DNA from: Blastocatellia bacterium
Lineage (GTDB): Bacteria > Acidobacteriota > Blastocatellia > UBA7656
Assembly (NCBI GenBank): GCA_963765495.1
Contig: CAVXWP010000001.1
Span: 384,001-448,000 of the forward strand
Length of the DNA: 64,000 nucleotides
Direction of reading: 5' to 3'
The notes below the pieces were generated by a model. The model ran no database searches. It was not told the origin of the DNA and saw nothing but the letters and a program-made list of their open reading frames with translations. Within the stretch, counting starts at the first letter, position 1; every line of letters starts with the position of its first letter. A program made the position numbers and the translations under genes. Positions 18,723 to 29,112 of the stretch are shown here, piece by piece.

Positions 18723-19114
18723 CGAAAAAGATACTTGTTGTTGATGACAGCGACGATACACGCGAAATGATGGCCAAGTTATTGGAGCTTGAATCCTTCG
18801 ACGTGATAACGGCCGAAGATGGTCGCGTCGGATTTAATGTGGCTCAGAACGAACATCCCGACCTCATTATCACAGACATTAATATGCCAAACCTCAACGG
18901 CATCGAAATGATAAAGCTCATACGCCAGGAACCGGAGTTTGGGAAAGTACCGATAATGGCCATCACGGCTTATGGCAGCGGCATTGCGGCAGAAGCACTG
19001 GAGGCCGGGGCCAATCAGGCTACGACTAAGCCAATTGAATTTGATTCATTGATAGGGGGAATCAAGCGACTGCTGGATTTGTCAAAAACCAACGGAAAAT
19101 ACACCGGGTTCTAA
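18710..19114 (+). CDS. Single-domain response regulator
   Basis: ILVVDDS, DLIITDINMPNLNG, MAITA, TKP. Confidence 0.92.
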   Translation: MPTVTKKILVVDDSDDTREMMAKLLELESFDVITAEDGRVGFNVAQNEHPDLIITDINMPNLNGIEMIKLIRQEPEFGKVPIMAITAYGSGIAAEALEAGANQATTKPIEFDSLIGGIKRLLDLSKTNGKYTGF

Positions 19115-19145
19115 TGGATATTCTGTGCGGGACCGGATACTAAAA

Positions 19146-19200
19146 GACAGGATCAACAGAATCAGATCAAGAAATTCTTGCCGGTTCTGCTGGTCCTGTC
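19146..19200. repeat. GACAGGAT-type inverted repeat, probable terminator
   Basis: GACAGGATCAACAGAA...TTCTGCTGGTCCTGTC between convergent genes. Confidence 0.6.
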
Positions 19201-19243
19201 CGAATAATTCCCACCTAAGCGTGCGATCCCAATCGATTCAAGT

Positions 19244-20212
19244 CTACTGTAGCACCTGCGCCAGGAGTTCTCCCGGCAGAATGCCGACTATCTTGACATC
19301 ATTGTTGACGCCGGTAACGGTAACGGTCTTGAGCGCGCTGGCAAACATAGCCATCTTCGGGTCTTTGGAAGCGCCGAGAAAGCCTCTGGCCATATCGAGC
19401 AATCCATTAAGCTGATTGGCAATTGCCAGAGCGTGCTCGGCCGTGTCGTTGCGCAAGGTTGCGTTCAGGTCTAAACCTGTCGTGACATCAATTGATCCGA
19501 ATATCAAATTGATGGAAGAAAAATCGGGCAGAGGCAACTGGCTGGCTTCGACGGAGTTGGCCAGGGCCGGGGTCACAACAAAGGCGAAGCGGATTGCCGC
19601 GGGCAAAGTCTCTGACATCGCCTGTCCCACTTTAGCGTTTTGCGCTATGCCGGGCTTTTCACCCTTACGGGTATCTATCGAAGCCCGAACACCCGCGCTG
19701 TTGCCAAAGGCGACCGTCGCCGAATCGTAAAAAGCAAAAACCATGTCATCGTGCTTCACATCCGTATTGGCTGTCCGCTCAGAGGGCGTGGCTGTGTATA
19801 CGTCTACACCCTTGTAGTTTTCGGATGTGATCTTGATTTTCTGGTCTGCGCGGAGGCGCGAAAGCAGGTCGGATTGATTGAACGAGCCCGTCACGACTCC
19901 TGTGAAATTGCTAAACCCCGAAGACGGCAAAACAACCGCGACGGTGTGCAGATCTTCAAGCTTCAATCCCAGTTTCCCAATATCGTTTTGCGCCTTATCG
20001 AGTGAACTCTTTATCTTGCTTTGAGCAGAGATTGTAGACCACAAACTGCTCGATGTGATTTTCTGAACATCAACGATGACGACACCAGAGCCGTCCGGCA
20101 ATAACGGCAACAACTCGCTGCCGACCTGAGCGGCGGGCTGCGCCGATGTCCACTTCATTCCGGAGCTTAAAGCGAGAGCCAGCACTATTGCTGCTAGAGC
20201 GAATCTTTTCAT
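19244..20212 (-). CDS. Secreted hypothetical protein (DUF3352-like)
   Basis: Signal peptide MKRFALAAIVLALAL; LLPDGSGVVIVDV and ENYKGVDVY motifs; start moved to ATG 20212. Confidence 0.7.
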   Translation of the reverse strand: MKRFALAAIVLALALSSGMKWTSAQPAAQVGSELLPLLPDGSGVVIVDVQKITSSSLWSTISAQSKIKSSLDKAQNDIGKLGLKLEDLHTVAVVLPSSGFSNFTGVVTGSFNQSDLLSRLRADQKIKITSENYKGVDVYTATPSERTANTDVKHDDMVFAFYDSATVAFGNSAGVRASIDTRKGEKPGIAQNAKVGQAMSETLPAAIRFAFVVTPALANSVEASQLPLPDFSSINLIFGSIDVTTGLDLNATLRNDTAEHALAIANQLNGLLDMARGFLGASKDPKMAMFASALKTVTVTGVNNDVKIVGILPGELLAQVLQ

Positions 20213-20570
20213 AGCAAATTCCTTTCTGATCCTTTCTCTCATCTCCACCTGACAATGATTCCAAATTATCATACCAGCCGTACGTATCGAGTCGAATTTC
20301 AATTATAAGCTTGAACGGGGCTTGACCAAAGCTAAATCTTGCCTGTGCTCGCATATTAGAACGTACGCAGCATGCCGAAGGTTTGCCCAAACCAAAAAAA
20401 AATCGCTAATCTGAGCGAACTGATCTGGCTGATATATTCCCTCGGCTCGCTTTTCGAGTACTGCCAGCCTTGCGGGGCCGACAGATGCTTGCTTAGAATT
20501 AACCTTCTTATGAATAGCTTCTCTTCAGGTTGTCTATACATAGTGCGGTCCCGAAAACGCTTTTTAAATC

Positions 20571-22514
20571 ATGTCTAAAAAGAAACAAGCAAACAGAGAT
20601 TCACGCGCAGTTGAGGTCTCATTAACGCCGGAAGAAGGTGGTGCTGCGGTTACACGCGAGCCATCGGCAAAAGGCCGTCCTCTCACCGAATGGCGAGACG
20701 CTTACCGGTTGATCCCGGTGGCATTGGCGATCATAGCTTCGATCAATGTGATCTGGAACGGCTTTGTTCTCGATGATATTCAGCAGATCATAAGCAGACC
20801 CTTTATCGGAACACTGGCCAAGCTGCCTTCGGTCTTTACGACCGGCGTAGCGCCTTCGACCGCCGAAGCGCCTTTTCTGTCGGATTTTTCCTATCGTCCG
20901 GTTTTAAGCGTCCTGTTTATGATAAGCCATGCGCTGTTTGGCGATTCGCCGTGGGGCTGGCATCTAATGAGCGTGCTGATACACGCAGCAGTAACCTGGC
21001 TGGTCTTTGTGATGCTCAGCGAACTGACTGGCCGCCAGATGCTTGCCGCGCTCGCCGCCGCTTTATTTGCCGTGCATCCGTCACACGCCGAATCCATAGC
21101 CTGGGTTTCAGCCGTGGCCGAACCTCTGATGGCCCTTTTCCTTGTGCCGTCGTTCTACTTTTATTTGAAGTACAGAAAAAGCGGCGCGGGAAAACATCTG
21201 TGGCTTGCGCTGGGTCTGTATTTATTTGCCCTGTGGAGCAAAGAATCTGCCCTTGTATTTCCGCTGCTCATTGTCTTGTATGAATTTATCTGCTTAAGGA
21301 ATCGAGCGCCGATAAAGGCTGGAACAATGCGCGCTCTGAAAATTGCCGGGATTTTTGCGTTGCCCGCCGTGATCTATCTCGGTCTGCGTTACGCAATCAT
21401 CGGTCGTCTGTCGTTTGGAGGCGATCCGATTTATCCGGTCATCTCGGTCATTCGAACCGCCCCGCTTGCTCTTGTAAAATATCTGAAGCTTGCGCTGATC
21501 CCGACAGGCTACAGCTATCTCCACTACACGGTTCTTGTCGCATCCTTCGCATCTCTATCTTTTCTCCTTCTTCTGGGATTGCTTGCGGCGCTCACGGCAG
21601 TTGTAGCATTCATCAGATCGCGGGCGCTTACGTTTGCGGCTCTGTGGTTTGTCGTGATGCTTGTGCCTGCGCTCACGGGGATGCGTTATTTCGATCCCGA
21701 ACATTTGATCCAGGAAAGTCTGCTCTACTTGCCGTCAATCGGGTTCTGTCTGGCCGTGGCAACAGGCATCGAGTGGCTCGCAATCCGCAATCCGTCCTCT
21801 ACGACCGGACGAGTGGCGGCGGTCGTGGCCACGACGGTTATCGTGATCGTCTGGGGCGCTGTTTACATCAGACAAAATCACACGTGGCAAGAGACTATGT
21901 CGGTGTACAGGAATGCGGTGGCTGCCGCTCCGTCCTCGCCCGTGGCGCACGCATCGCTCGGCCATCTCTATTTTGATTCCGGCAGGCCGCGCGAGGCCGA
22001 AGCCGAGACTCAAACCGCGCTCGATCTTGATAGCAAGTGCGCAAGCGCCTATATCAACATGAGTTACTTCGCTCAGGGCGCGGGCAAGACAAACGAGGCG
22101 ATTGATTATCTTGAGCGCGCTACAAAAGAGATAAGCGAAGAACCGATGACGCGCAAAGATCTGTCTGCCATCTATCTGAATCTGAGCCTGCTATACATCA
22201 GGCGCAATGACATCGCGCAGGCGGAGCAGTCAGTGCTTCGATCTAAAGATATATGGCCGCGCCCGGCTGCCTGGTACTATGCGGGGCTTTTTTATTACGA
22301 TCAGTCGCGCTTTCAAGAGGCGCTGGATATGTTCTCAAATGTGCTTGGCGACATCTCTCCAACATATCCGACCATTTACTTAAAGCTTGGCGACATTTAT
22401 GAGCAACTCGGGCAAAAAGAGCGCGCGCGAGCATCTTATAGAAAATTCCTTGAGATAGCGCCCGCCGATGCGCCGGAGCGAAGACAGGTAAGCCTGCATT
22501 TGCTCAGACTGTGA
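20571..22514 (+). CDS. TMTC-like GT-C membrane glycosyltransferase with C-terminal TPRs
   Basis: FVLDD, YRP, FAVHPSHAESIAWVS, LWSKES, LYLPS, then TPR repeats. Confidence 0.85.
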   Translation: MSKKKQANRDSRAVEVSLTPEEGGAAVTREPSAKGRPLTEWRDAYRLIPVALAIIASINVIWNGFVLDDIQQIISRPFIGTLAKLPSVFTTGVAPSTAEAPFLSDFSYRPVLSVLFMISHALFGDSPWGWHLMSVLIHAAVTWLVFVMLSELTGRQMLAALAAALFAVHPSHAESIAWVSAVAEPLMALFLVPSFYFYLKYRKSGAGKHLWLALGLYLFALWSKESALVFPLLIVLYEFICLRNRAPIKAGTMRALKIAGIFALPAVIYLGLRYAIIGRLSFGGDPIYPVISVIRTAPLALVKYLKLALIPTGYSYLHYTVLVASFASLSFLLLLGLLAALTAVVAFIRSRALTFAALWFVVMLVPALTGMRYFDPEHLIQESLLYLPSIGFCLAVATGIEWLAIRNPSSTTGRVAAVVATTVIVIVWGAVYIRQNHTWQETMSVYRNAVAAAPSSPVAHASLGHLYFDSGRPREAEAETQTALDLDSKCASAYINMSYFAQGAGKTNEAIDYLERATKEISEEPMTRKDLSAIYLNLSLLYIRRNDIAQAEQSVLRSKDIWPRPAAWYYAGLFYYDQSRFQEALDMFSNVLGDISPTYPTIYLKLGDIYEQLGQKERARASYRKFLEIAPADAPERRQVSLHLLRL

Positions 22515-22566
22515 GGCGACATAGAAGATAATTGTTTCGATAAGAGATAAGGGTCAGGAGGGTGAT

Positions 22567-23412
22567 ATGATAAAATCGATTGGTGTGATAGGGGCAGGAA
22601 CTATGGGCAACGGCATCGCACAGGTTGCGGCGCGGGCCGGCCTCGGGGTAATAATGCGCGACCTCACCGAAGAGTTTCTAAGTCGCGGCCTTTCAGCTAT
22701 CGATAAAAGCCTCCAGCGAGACGTTGACAAACAGCGTCTGACAATCGAAGCAAAAGAAGAGATCAAATCACGCATCAAATCCGTCACAAATATTGAGGAG
22801 TTGCGCGACGTGGATTTTATAGTCGAGGCCGTAAGCGAAGACCTCGGTGTCAAGTCAGAGCTTTTTCGACAGGTTGATCGCGTAGCGCGGAAGGACGTCT
22901 TACTGGCGAGCAACACAAGCTCGATTTCAATCACAAAGATTGCCGCGGTCACATCGCGCCCGGACAAATTTATAGGCATGCACTTCATGAATCCCGTGCC
23001 GGTGATGAAACTGGTCGAGATAATACGCGGCGCGGCCACCTCTGATGAGACCTATACCATCACGCGCGAGCTTGCAGAGACTATGGGTAAGATTCCTGTC
23101 GAGGTGAATGACGCGCCGGGATTTGTATCAAACAGGGTCTTGATGCCGATGATAAACGAAGCGGCCTTTGCGCTCTACGAAGGAGTAGCAACAGCCGAAG
23201 CGATTGATCAAATAATGAAACTGGGCATGAATCACCCTATGGGGCCGCTTGAGCTTGCCGATTTCATCGGCCTTGATGTTTGCCTCGCGATAATGAATGT
23301 GCTATATGATGGGTTTAATGATTCCAAATACCGGCCGTGCCCTCTGCTCAAAAAGTATGTTGATGCAGGCTGGCTCGGTCGCAAGAGCGGAAAGGGATTT
23401 TATAGTTACTGA
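22567..23412 (+). CDS. hbd: 3-hydroxybutyryl-CoA dehydrogenase
   Basis: GAGTMGNGIA, SNTSS, GMHFMNP, PGFVSNR, HPMGPL, GRKSGKGFY. Confidence 0.92.
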   Translation: MIKSIGVIGAGTMGNGIAQVAARAGLGVIMRDLTEEFLSRGLSAIDKSLQRDVDKQRLTIEAKEEIKSRIKSVTNIEELRDVDFIVEAVSEDLGVKSELFRQVDRVARKDVLLASNTSSISITKIAAVTSRPDKFIGMHFMNPVPVMKLVEIIRGAATSDETYTITRELAETMGKIPVEVNDAPGFVSNRVLMPMINEAAFALYEGVATAEAIDQIMKLGMNHPMGPLELADFIGLDVCLAIMNVLYDGFNDSKYRPCPLLKKYVDAGWLGRKSGKGFYSY

Positions 23413-23508
23413 TCGCCGACGAAATAAGATGGCGAAACCGGTTGCTGAGACCGATTTCAAAACCTTGGGCCGGATGGCAAGCAACGAGAAACTGGTAGCT
23501 TAATTGAA

Positions 23509-24756
23509 ATGATATTTTGTCAACGATGCGCTCATGCCAACCCCTATAACCGTGAAAGCTGTTACGTCTGCGGCAGCAAGCTGTTGATAATCACCAACAC
23601 GCGAACGGCAGCGGCATACGGAGGGGTTGAAAACCTCATAAGGCCCACGATAGAAGAGCATCTGCTCGAACGAATCAGCGCGCTCGAATCGGCGCTTCAG
23701 CAAGCGCACGAAAGATTGGAAGTCATGCTCGATCTGGTCCATCGCCAGGCTACGAGCGGCCTCTACGATCACGCTATGCTTGATGCGCTGGTCGAGCATC
23801 TCTCTGAAAAGGGAGCGGTCGAAGGCGGCAAACTCGAGACGCTCTGGCGCGACCGCGTGGCGGAACATTATGAGGAGGTCAGCGAGCAGGAACAATTCGA
23901 GCAACGCATCGAGCGGATGCTCGGCACTTTCAAAGGCGAAAACTTCGATCTCTTCACTCGCCTCCTCAATACCGGAGCCGATCTCTTTATCGAAGGGAAC
24001 GCCAGACGCGGGATTCGCTATTTCGAGAAGGCGCTCTTGATGGATGCGACAAACGCGCCGCTTGCTTTCTTTATCGGCGAACATTTCTTTGTCATAAATA
24101 AACCTGTGCTTGCGCGCGCTTATCTGGAGAGCGCGGTCGAACAGGAGCCCGAGAATTATCTTGCGATGTCTATGCTCGGGGTCATCTGCGGGGACGACGG
24201 CGATCTGAATTCCGCCAAGCGGTATTTGAGCCGGGCGCTCAAGATCAGAAAAGATTCCTTCACCGCTCATTACGGGCTGGGCCGAATACTGGTGAGCGAA
24301 GGCAAGTTACGCGAAGCCATCTCACACCTCAAGCGTGCCCTGATACTAAAACCTACGCCTGAGATGTACTATCTCGTAGGCCGGGCTTATCTTGAATACG
24401 GACGAACCGAAATAGCCGTGCATCATCTGCTCCGCTGCATCGAGATGGACCCGAAATTCGACGCGGCGCTTTATCATCTGGGGCTGATCTATCTGAAGCA
24501 GGAAGATTTTCTGCGCGCGCAAGAGCACTTCCGCGCCGCATACGAGATCAATCCGCGAGAACCGCGTTATCGCGTGGCGCTAAGGGCGCGAAAGGCGGGC
24601 CAGCTTGCTCCTCTGCCCGTATTTGGGCGCGCGGCCGTCTCTAATCGAAAGGTGGTTACAAACGGGGATGTACGATTGATAGAATTGCTTCGCAGCGATT
24701 TGCTCGAGTCTCAACCAACGGGCGTTGATTTGAGAAAAGGTCAAAAGCGAGGCTAA
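23509..24756 (+). CDS. Zinc-ribbon / coiled-coil / TPR protein
   Basis: CQRC..CYVCG, coiled coil, several TPRs (AHYGLGRIL, YYLVGRAY, LYHLGLIY). Confidence 0.85.
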   Translation: MIFCQRCAHANPYNRESCYVCGSKLLIITNTRTAAAYGGVENLIRPTIEEHLLERISALESALQQAHERLEVMLDLVHRQATSGLYDHAMLDALVEHLSEKGAVEGGKLETLWRDRVAEHYEEVSEQEQFEQRIERMLGTFKGENFDLFTRLLNTGADLFIEGNARRGIRYFEKALLMDATNAPLAFFIGEHFFVINKPVLARAYLESAVEQEPENYLAMSMLGVICGDDGDLNSAKRYLSRALKIRKDSFTAHYGLGRILVSEGKLREAISHLKRALILKPTPEMYYLVGRAYLEYGRTEIAVHHLLRCIEMDPKFDAALYHLGLIYLKQEDFLRAQEHFRAAYEINPREPRYRVALRARKAGQLAPLPVFGRAAVSNRKVVTNGDVRLIELLRSDLLESQPTGVDLRKGQKRG

Positions 24757-24772
24757 AGCGACGGAAACGGAA

Positions 24773-24829
24773 GAAACCGAAAGAACAAAAGCGGAAGCAT
24801 CACACCTCCGCTTTTGTTCTTTTTGGTTT
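24773..24829. terminator. Long hairpin, probable bidirectional terminator
   Basis: AAAGAACAAAAGCGGA...TCCGCTTTTGTTCTTT between convergent genes. Confidence 0.65.
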
Positions 24830-24851
24830 GAATACCGTACTTTTAATCCCG

Positions 24852-25115
24852 TCAATGTGCCGTGGCACTTTCGTGCGAGCGACTGCCGTTAGGCAAAACC
24901 TCGACACTGCGTGTTGTGGTCTTGAAAGCCGCGCGTGTATTTGATGTCAAACTGTAGCTGTCGAAACCGAACGAATCCAGATAGGTGGCCAGATCATCGC
25001 TTGCCGATATGTAAAGCACCGGCTTGTGCCCAAAATAATCTGTGATTTCAAGGAGTCGTTCGATGACCTCTACAGGGGAAAATGTTCTTGCCGGGTCTCG
25101 GAAACTAGCCATCAT
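24852..25115 (-). CDS. Small hypothetical protein
   Basis: AAGGAG RBS; protein-like composition. Confidence 0.55.
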   Translation of the reverse strand: MMASFRDPARTFSPVEVIERLLEITDYFGHKPVLYISASDDLATYLDSFGFDSYSLTSNTRAAFKTTTRSVEVLPNGSRSHESATAH

Positions 25116-25395
25116 AAACTCCTTTCTTTTTTTTATACGGGCCGGAATCTTAAATAGTTTTCTTTGGCCGCTATTTTAAGATGCCTCCGCTCCGGGTGAA
25201 GTTGTAATGCATTTCTTCACTCATTAATTGAGAACGAGCCTTGTAAAGCAATCTTGCGCTCGAAGTCGTTTGATGTGAGGACAAGGGGGCAGCCGTCTTT
25301 CAGCTTATGACGCGTACAACAGAATGAAACTGGCGAAGCAAACGGCGAGGCCGGCTACAGCCGGCCTCGGTTCATCAAAATGGCAACAGATTCGA

Positions 25396-25665
25396 TTACT
25401 CACTGGAACCGCTCTTAGCGCCGGTCGAGGCCTTGGTTTCGGACTTTTTTTTCTCAGCCGGTTTATCGGCGCTCGCGGATGCAGATTTGCCCGAGTAATC
25501 AGTGAGATACCAGCCCGACCCTTTGAGTTGAAAGCTTGTGCGCGACATAATCTTTTCAAGTTTGCCCCGGCACTTCTGACAGCGCTTGGGTGGCGCATCT
25601 CCAACTTTCTGTATTACCTCAAGGTGAGAGCCGCATTTCTCGCAAACATACTCATAAATTGGCAT
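25396..25665 (-). CDS. FmdB-family zinc-ribbon protein
   Basis: MPIYEYVCEKCG...CQKCRG...FQLKGSGWYLTDY. Confidence 0.92.
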   Translation of the reverse strand: MPIYEYVCEKCGSHLEVIQKVGDAPPKRCQKCRGKLEKIMSRTSFQLKGSGWYLTDYSGKSASASADKPAEKKKSETKASTGAKSGSSE

Positions 25666-25750
25666 ACGGTTGCATCACCTCCAATAGCTGAATCGTAAAA
25701 CCTTACATTGAAATACTAGCACGGCGAACCTTCTGCTTCAAGATACTTGC

Positions 25751-25779
25751 TTGACTTCGGTTGGAGCAGATTTTAAATT
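25751..25779 (+). promoter_or_regulatory. Sigma70 promoter
   Basis: TTGACT-N17-TAAATT, 6 nt before ATG 25786. Confidence 0.6.
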
Positions 25780-25785
25780 TTATCT

Positions 25786-26358
25786 ATGCCGGTCGATTCA
25801 GACCTGCGTTTTCATTATTTACAGCGGGCTTTTGGAGATGAATGGATGGAGACTAGATGCTGTTTCAATTCAATCCAGATGAAGGCTGTTCACACAGCAA
25901 AAAGGCGGGCAGGCGACTTGATAACCGATTATTACAGGGTTGCCCCCCGCGAGTGGCGGCAGATGCCTTACGAAGTAAAGACCTTAAAGGCGCTCGATTC
26001 GACCGAGATAACCGATGAGGCGCTGGCTCAAACACTCTGCTACGGCATCAGGCGGGAAGCCGGACCTCTGGTTCTCGAAGAAGGCGAGCTATATCGTATC
26101 TGCCTGCAGGATCATCGCATACTCGGAGCGGCGCGAGACACCCGCGCGCGCCTCGATGCGCTGCTCACTTATGTGCTCACTCATGAGCTTGTGCACGTTG
26201 TCAGATTCGGCCAGCGATTGCAGGCCATAGATTTACCCTACGACCTTCGCCTTCACGAAGAGCAGAGGGTTGAACGGACTACGCGAGCCATCCTGGCAAA
26301 GACCCATGATCCTGAAATAAGCCGCATACTGTCAGAAAGACCCGATCATCTAATTTGA
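25786..26358 (+). CDS. Putative zinc metallopeptidase-like protein (HExxH); start uncertain
   Basis: LLTYVLTHELVHVVRF followed by HEEQRVE. Confidence 0.7.
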   Translation: MPVDSDLRFHYLQRAFGDEWMETRCCFNSIQMKAVHTAKRRAGDLITDYYRVAPREWRQMPYEVKTLKALDSTEITDEALAQTLCYGIRREAGPLVLEEGELYRICLQDHRILGAARDTRARLDALLTYVLTHELVHVVRFGQRLQAIDLPYDLRLHEEQRVERTTRAILAKTHDPEISRILSERPDHLI

Positions 26359-26768
26359 TCTCCCTTATTGCTCCGATTTTTCTTGTCCAGGTCACCTGAT
26401 TCCCTCATTCCTCAATGAGAAAATTGTAAGTTCTGACTGAGAGGTGCAAAAAACTACTGCTCCTTTCCGTCTGAGTTTATAAAGGGAGTTTAGAGCTTAT
26501 GCCCAATCATGTACCTATAGGTGAGCGTGAGAATGCTCCGCTGGCCGTTTGTATAAACGATTGCAAGATAGATTTTGGCCAGCATCAGTCAGAACTGGTT
26601 GAAGTATGCTTTCTGCTCGGATGCGCTTTCGCTGAAATGCGTTGGGGGAGGCCTGATAATGAAAGTTCCGATCCTGTCCCTCTCTTTTCGCAAAAAACAT
26701 GTCCCCTTACACTGGCAAGAGATCAGGGATAACAAAAAGAAAATCTCAAATTGATAATAAAATAGCGA

Positions 26769-28706
26769 TTATTGTATGAAAGAGACTACGGCGCGGTCTG
26801 CCTGATGCACCCGGTCAAAGAATGATTTGACCGTGGGGTATTGAGCTACAGTAAAAGTTATGGCATTGACAATCAGGCTGCGTTCGTAGATTAGCTGGCC
26901 TTCTTCCCTGATAAAAGCTGAATGATATTTCGCCGCGCCTATATCTATGTCAACGGGGTCGGGTAACTGTTCGAGCGCAAATCCTTCCGGCGCTTCTATA
27001 ATCACCTGCTCGCTCTCGGACCACGGATAATTAAAATAAACGCCGTTTGCACGGCGAGGAGCAACCATCAAGCTCTCATCGCGGCGTGAAAGCAAAGCCG
27101 GGCGCAGAAGCAAGCGTTTCTCGGTGCGGATGCCGAATTGCGGAACTGTAAAACTGATCGAGGTTTCAAGCGGCGTGGCAGGATTAGTCAGATTCGAGAT
27201 TGCCGCCGAAGATTCGTCAACGGTTGCCCCGGGCAAAAGCTCGCGCGTGGCCGAGATTATCTGCTTGCGCTGTTCGTCGGAGGTCAGATCGTTCAATTCA
27301 TTGCGAAGCTCAAGCGCACGCTGTCCCGTTATACGGGAATCTACATGCGCGCCTACGCGACCGTCAGCGTAGGCTGTCAGACGTATGACCCGGTCCTCTG
27401 AGTTTGAGACGGCCTCGGTGACCGGCGTCTCCACAAATCGAAAATCGCGTTTGCCGTATACGAGCGCCGTCACTGCTTCCTTCTCCCACGAAAGCATTCC
27501 GACCGGGCAATAGGGGGTGCCGGGATCATAGAAACGTACCAACCCGTCGCGCATTATAACCGCCGTCACTTCGCTGTTGAGTTGAAACGAATCCGGGAAC
27601 GAATAACGGAAGAAGTTTTCATCGCGCGTGGTCAACTCTGCCACACGCGCATCGAGCCCCGCCGCCCGCAACATTGCGATGAAGAGACGGTTGATCTCGC
27701 GCGGCGTGCCGTATCGGCGGTGAATTGTATCATCGGCCGTATCGTTTCGCTTCAGTCCCGCGTTGTTTTCGCCTTCTTCTCTAAATCCGACATTCTGTAT
27801 TTCGGTTCGAATATACTCGTAAATCCGACTGATCTTCTCCTGCGGGCCGTCGCTTGCGAGCGTTATCGAGTTGACCACCCGGCGAATCGCGCCCGTAGGC
27901 TTTGTTTCGTAGCTGGCGCGGTCGTGGCTGCGATGCGCATAATCGCGCCAGTACTTATCCGGGTTTGTTTCCGGCTCGTTGGAATAATAGAGCCATCCCC
28001 AGATCTTGACCGTCTCTTCGGGCGGCATCATCGGTTCGCGGCGAAATGGAGGGATGTTTTCTACTCTTATATTGTATGTGCCGTCCCAGGTCGGAGCGAA
28101 CCGTTTTGAGTCAGCGGCATTGAAGGTGACCCAGCGAACATCGAGTCTCGCCGCCGCCTGCGGCTGAATGCTGTAGTGAAGCTCTTTTGTAAACAGCTCC
28201 GATTGCAGATCGAGCGCAAAGTAGCGAAACCCCTGGGGGTAGGTCTGGCGGTATCGGTATTCTATTATGGAACCGGCCTCGACTGCGGGCATCGAAAAAA
28301 CGCGAGCGCGCCAGACGGCGTGGCTGGTCTTTACAAGCAGCTTGTCGAATATGTCACGCCCCTCGACTTCGATCGCTGTTCCGTCCGGGCGTATGGTTCG
28401 GGCGTGCACGTCCGTGATCTTGCCAAGCTCTACCTTGTAGGGAAGTTCCACATCTCCGTAGCGGCGTCCGCGTTCATTGAAGATTTTTATTCGGATATAG
28501 ACCTTGAGGCTCGTGCCTTCGGGGTCGTTATCATTCAACTCGCCTTCACGAAAGAGTATGGCCGCATCGGCTTCGGGGTCTCCGATGTCGGAGGCCGTTA
28601 TCTTCAAATCCTGAGATGTGACCGGTTTCCACGACGAGGCCGCGCCTGTTCGCTCGATGACGGGCGCTATAGTTAAGATTGATAACAAAACGATCCAGCG
28701 GCGCAT
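26769..28706 (-). CDS. Secreted DUF3857 / transglutaminase-like / DUF3858 protein
   Basis: RIKIFNERG, ARTIRPDG, GSIIEYRY, EPMMPP, MLRAAGLDA, FYDP; signal peptide from ATG 28706. Confidence 0.85.
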   Translation of the reverse strand: MRRWIVLLSILTIAPVIERTGAASSWKPVTSQDLKITASDIGDPEADAAILFREGELNDNDPEGTSLKVYIRIKIFNERGRRYGDVELPYKVELGKITDVHARTIRPDGTAIEVEGRDIFDKLLVKTSHAVWRARVFSMPAVEAGSIIEYRYRQTYPQGFRYFALDLQSELFTKELHYSIQPQAAARLDVRWVTFNAADSKRFAPTWDGTYNIRVENIPPFRREPMMPPEETVKIWGWLYYSNEPETNPDKYWRDYAHRSHDRASYETKPTGAIRRVVNSITLASDGPQEKISRIYEYIRTEIQNVGFREEGENNAGLKRNDTADDTIHRRYGTPREINRLFIAMLRAAGLDARVAELTTRDENFFRYSFPDSFQLNSEVTAVIMRDGLVRFYDPGTPYCPVGMLSWEKEAVTALVYGKRDFRFVETPVTEAVSNSEDRVIRLTAYADGRVGAHVDSRITGQRALELRNELNDLTSDEQRKQIISATRELLPGATVDESSAAISNLTNPATPLETSISFTVPQFGIRTEKRLLLRPALLSRRDESLMVAPRRANGVYFNYPWSESEQVIIEAPEGFALEQLPDPVDIDIGAAKYHSAFIREEGQLIYERSLIVNAITFTVAQYPTVKSFFDRVHQADRAVVSFIQ

Positions 28707-28981
28707 AACCTTTGACCTCAAGCTTAATACGGCCTCGCACGCGGAATTGCAAAACGACAACTCTGGAACTTGAGATGGAGAAGATTCTACTTCGGGTCGC
28801 TCTCTCGATCAACATCGGGCAACGATTCTAAGATTCATCAGCCCGTCTGCCCTTTATTCTGCCTTCGTGGGCAGGCGGCTCAAACTGATGTTACTATCGC
28901 AACCGCAAGCCTTCAAGCGCAGACCCGTTCGGGCAGGCTTAATGCACAGGTTGGTCAAGGGCTTTTATTTTTCTGGAATAA

Positions 28982-29048
28982 CTTTGCGTACTTCGCGTCT
29001 TCGCGTCTTAGCGAGAGTCTATTTCCCGCAAAGCCGCAAAGCCGCAAA
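28982..29048. repeat. CTTTGCG/CGCAAAG octamer-arm inverted repeat
   Basis: CTTTGCGTACTTCGCGTCTTCGCGTCTTAGCG...CGCAAAGCCGCAAAGCCGCAAAG; related to 49871..49932. Confidence 0.7.
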
Positions 29049-29112
29049 GTCGCAGAGCAGGCAAAGACTTGCCGGAGAGCTAATAAGCCATGGCTGAGAT
29101 TAGCGGCTGAGA

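Noticed and set aside
26499-26732. 77-aa ORF in the 26.36-26.77 kb gap
   Set aside because: Possible RBS, but no recognisable motif; cannot be supported without homology data.
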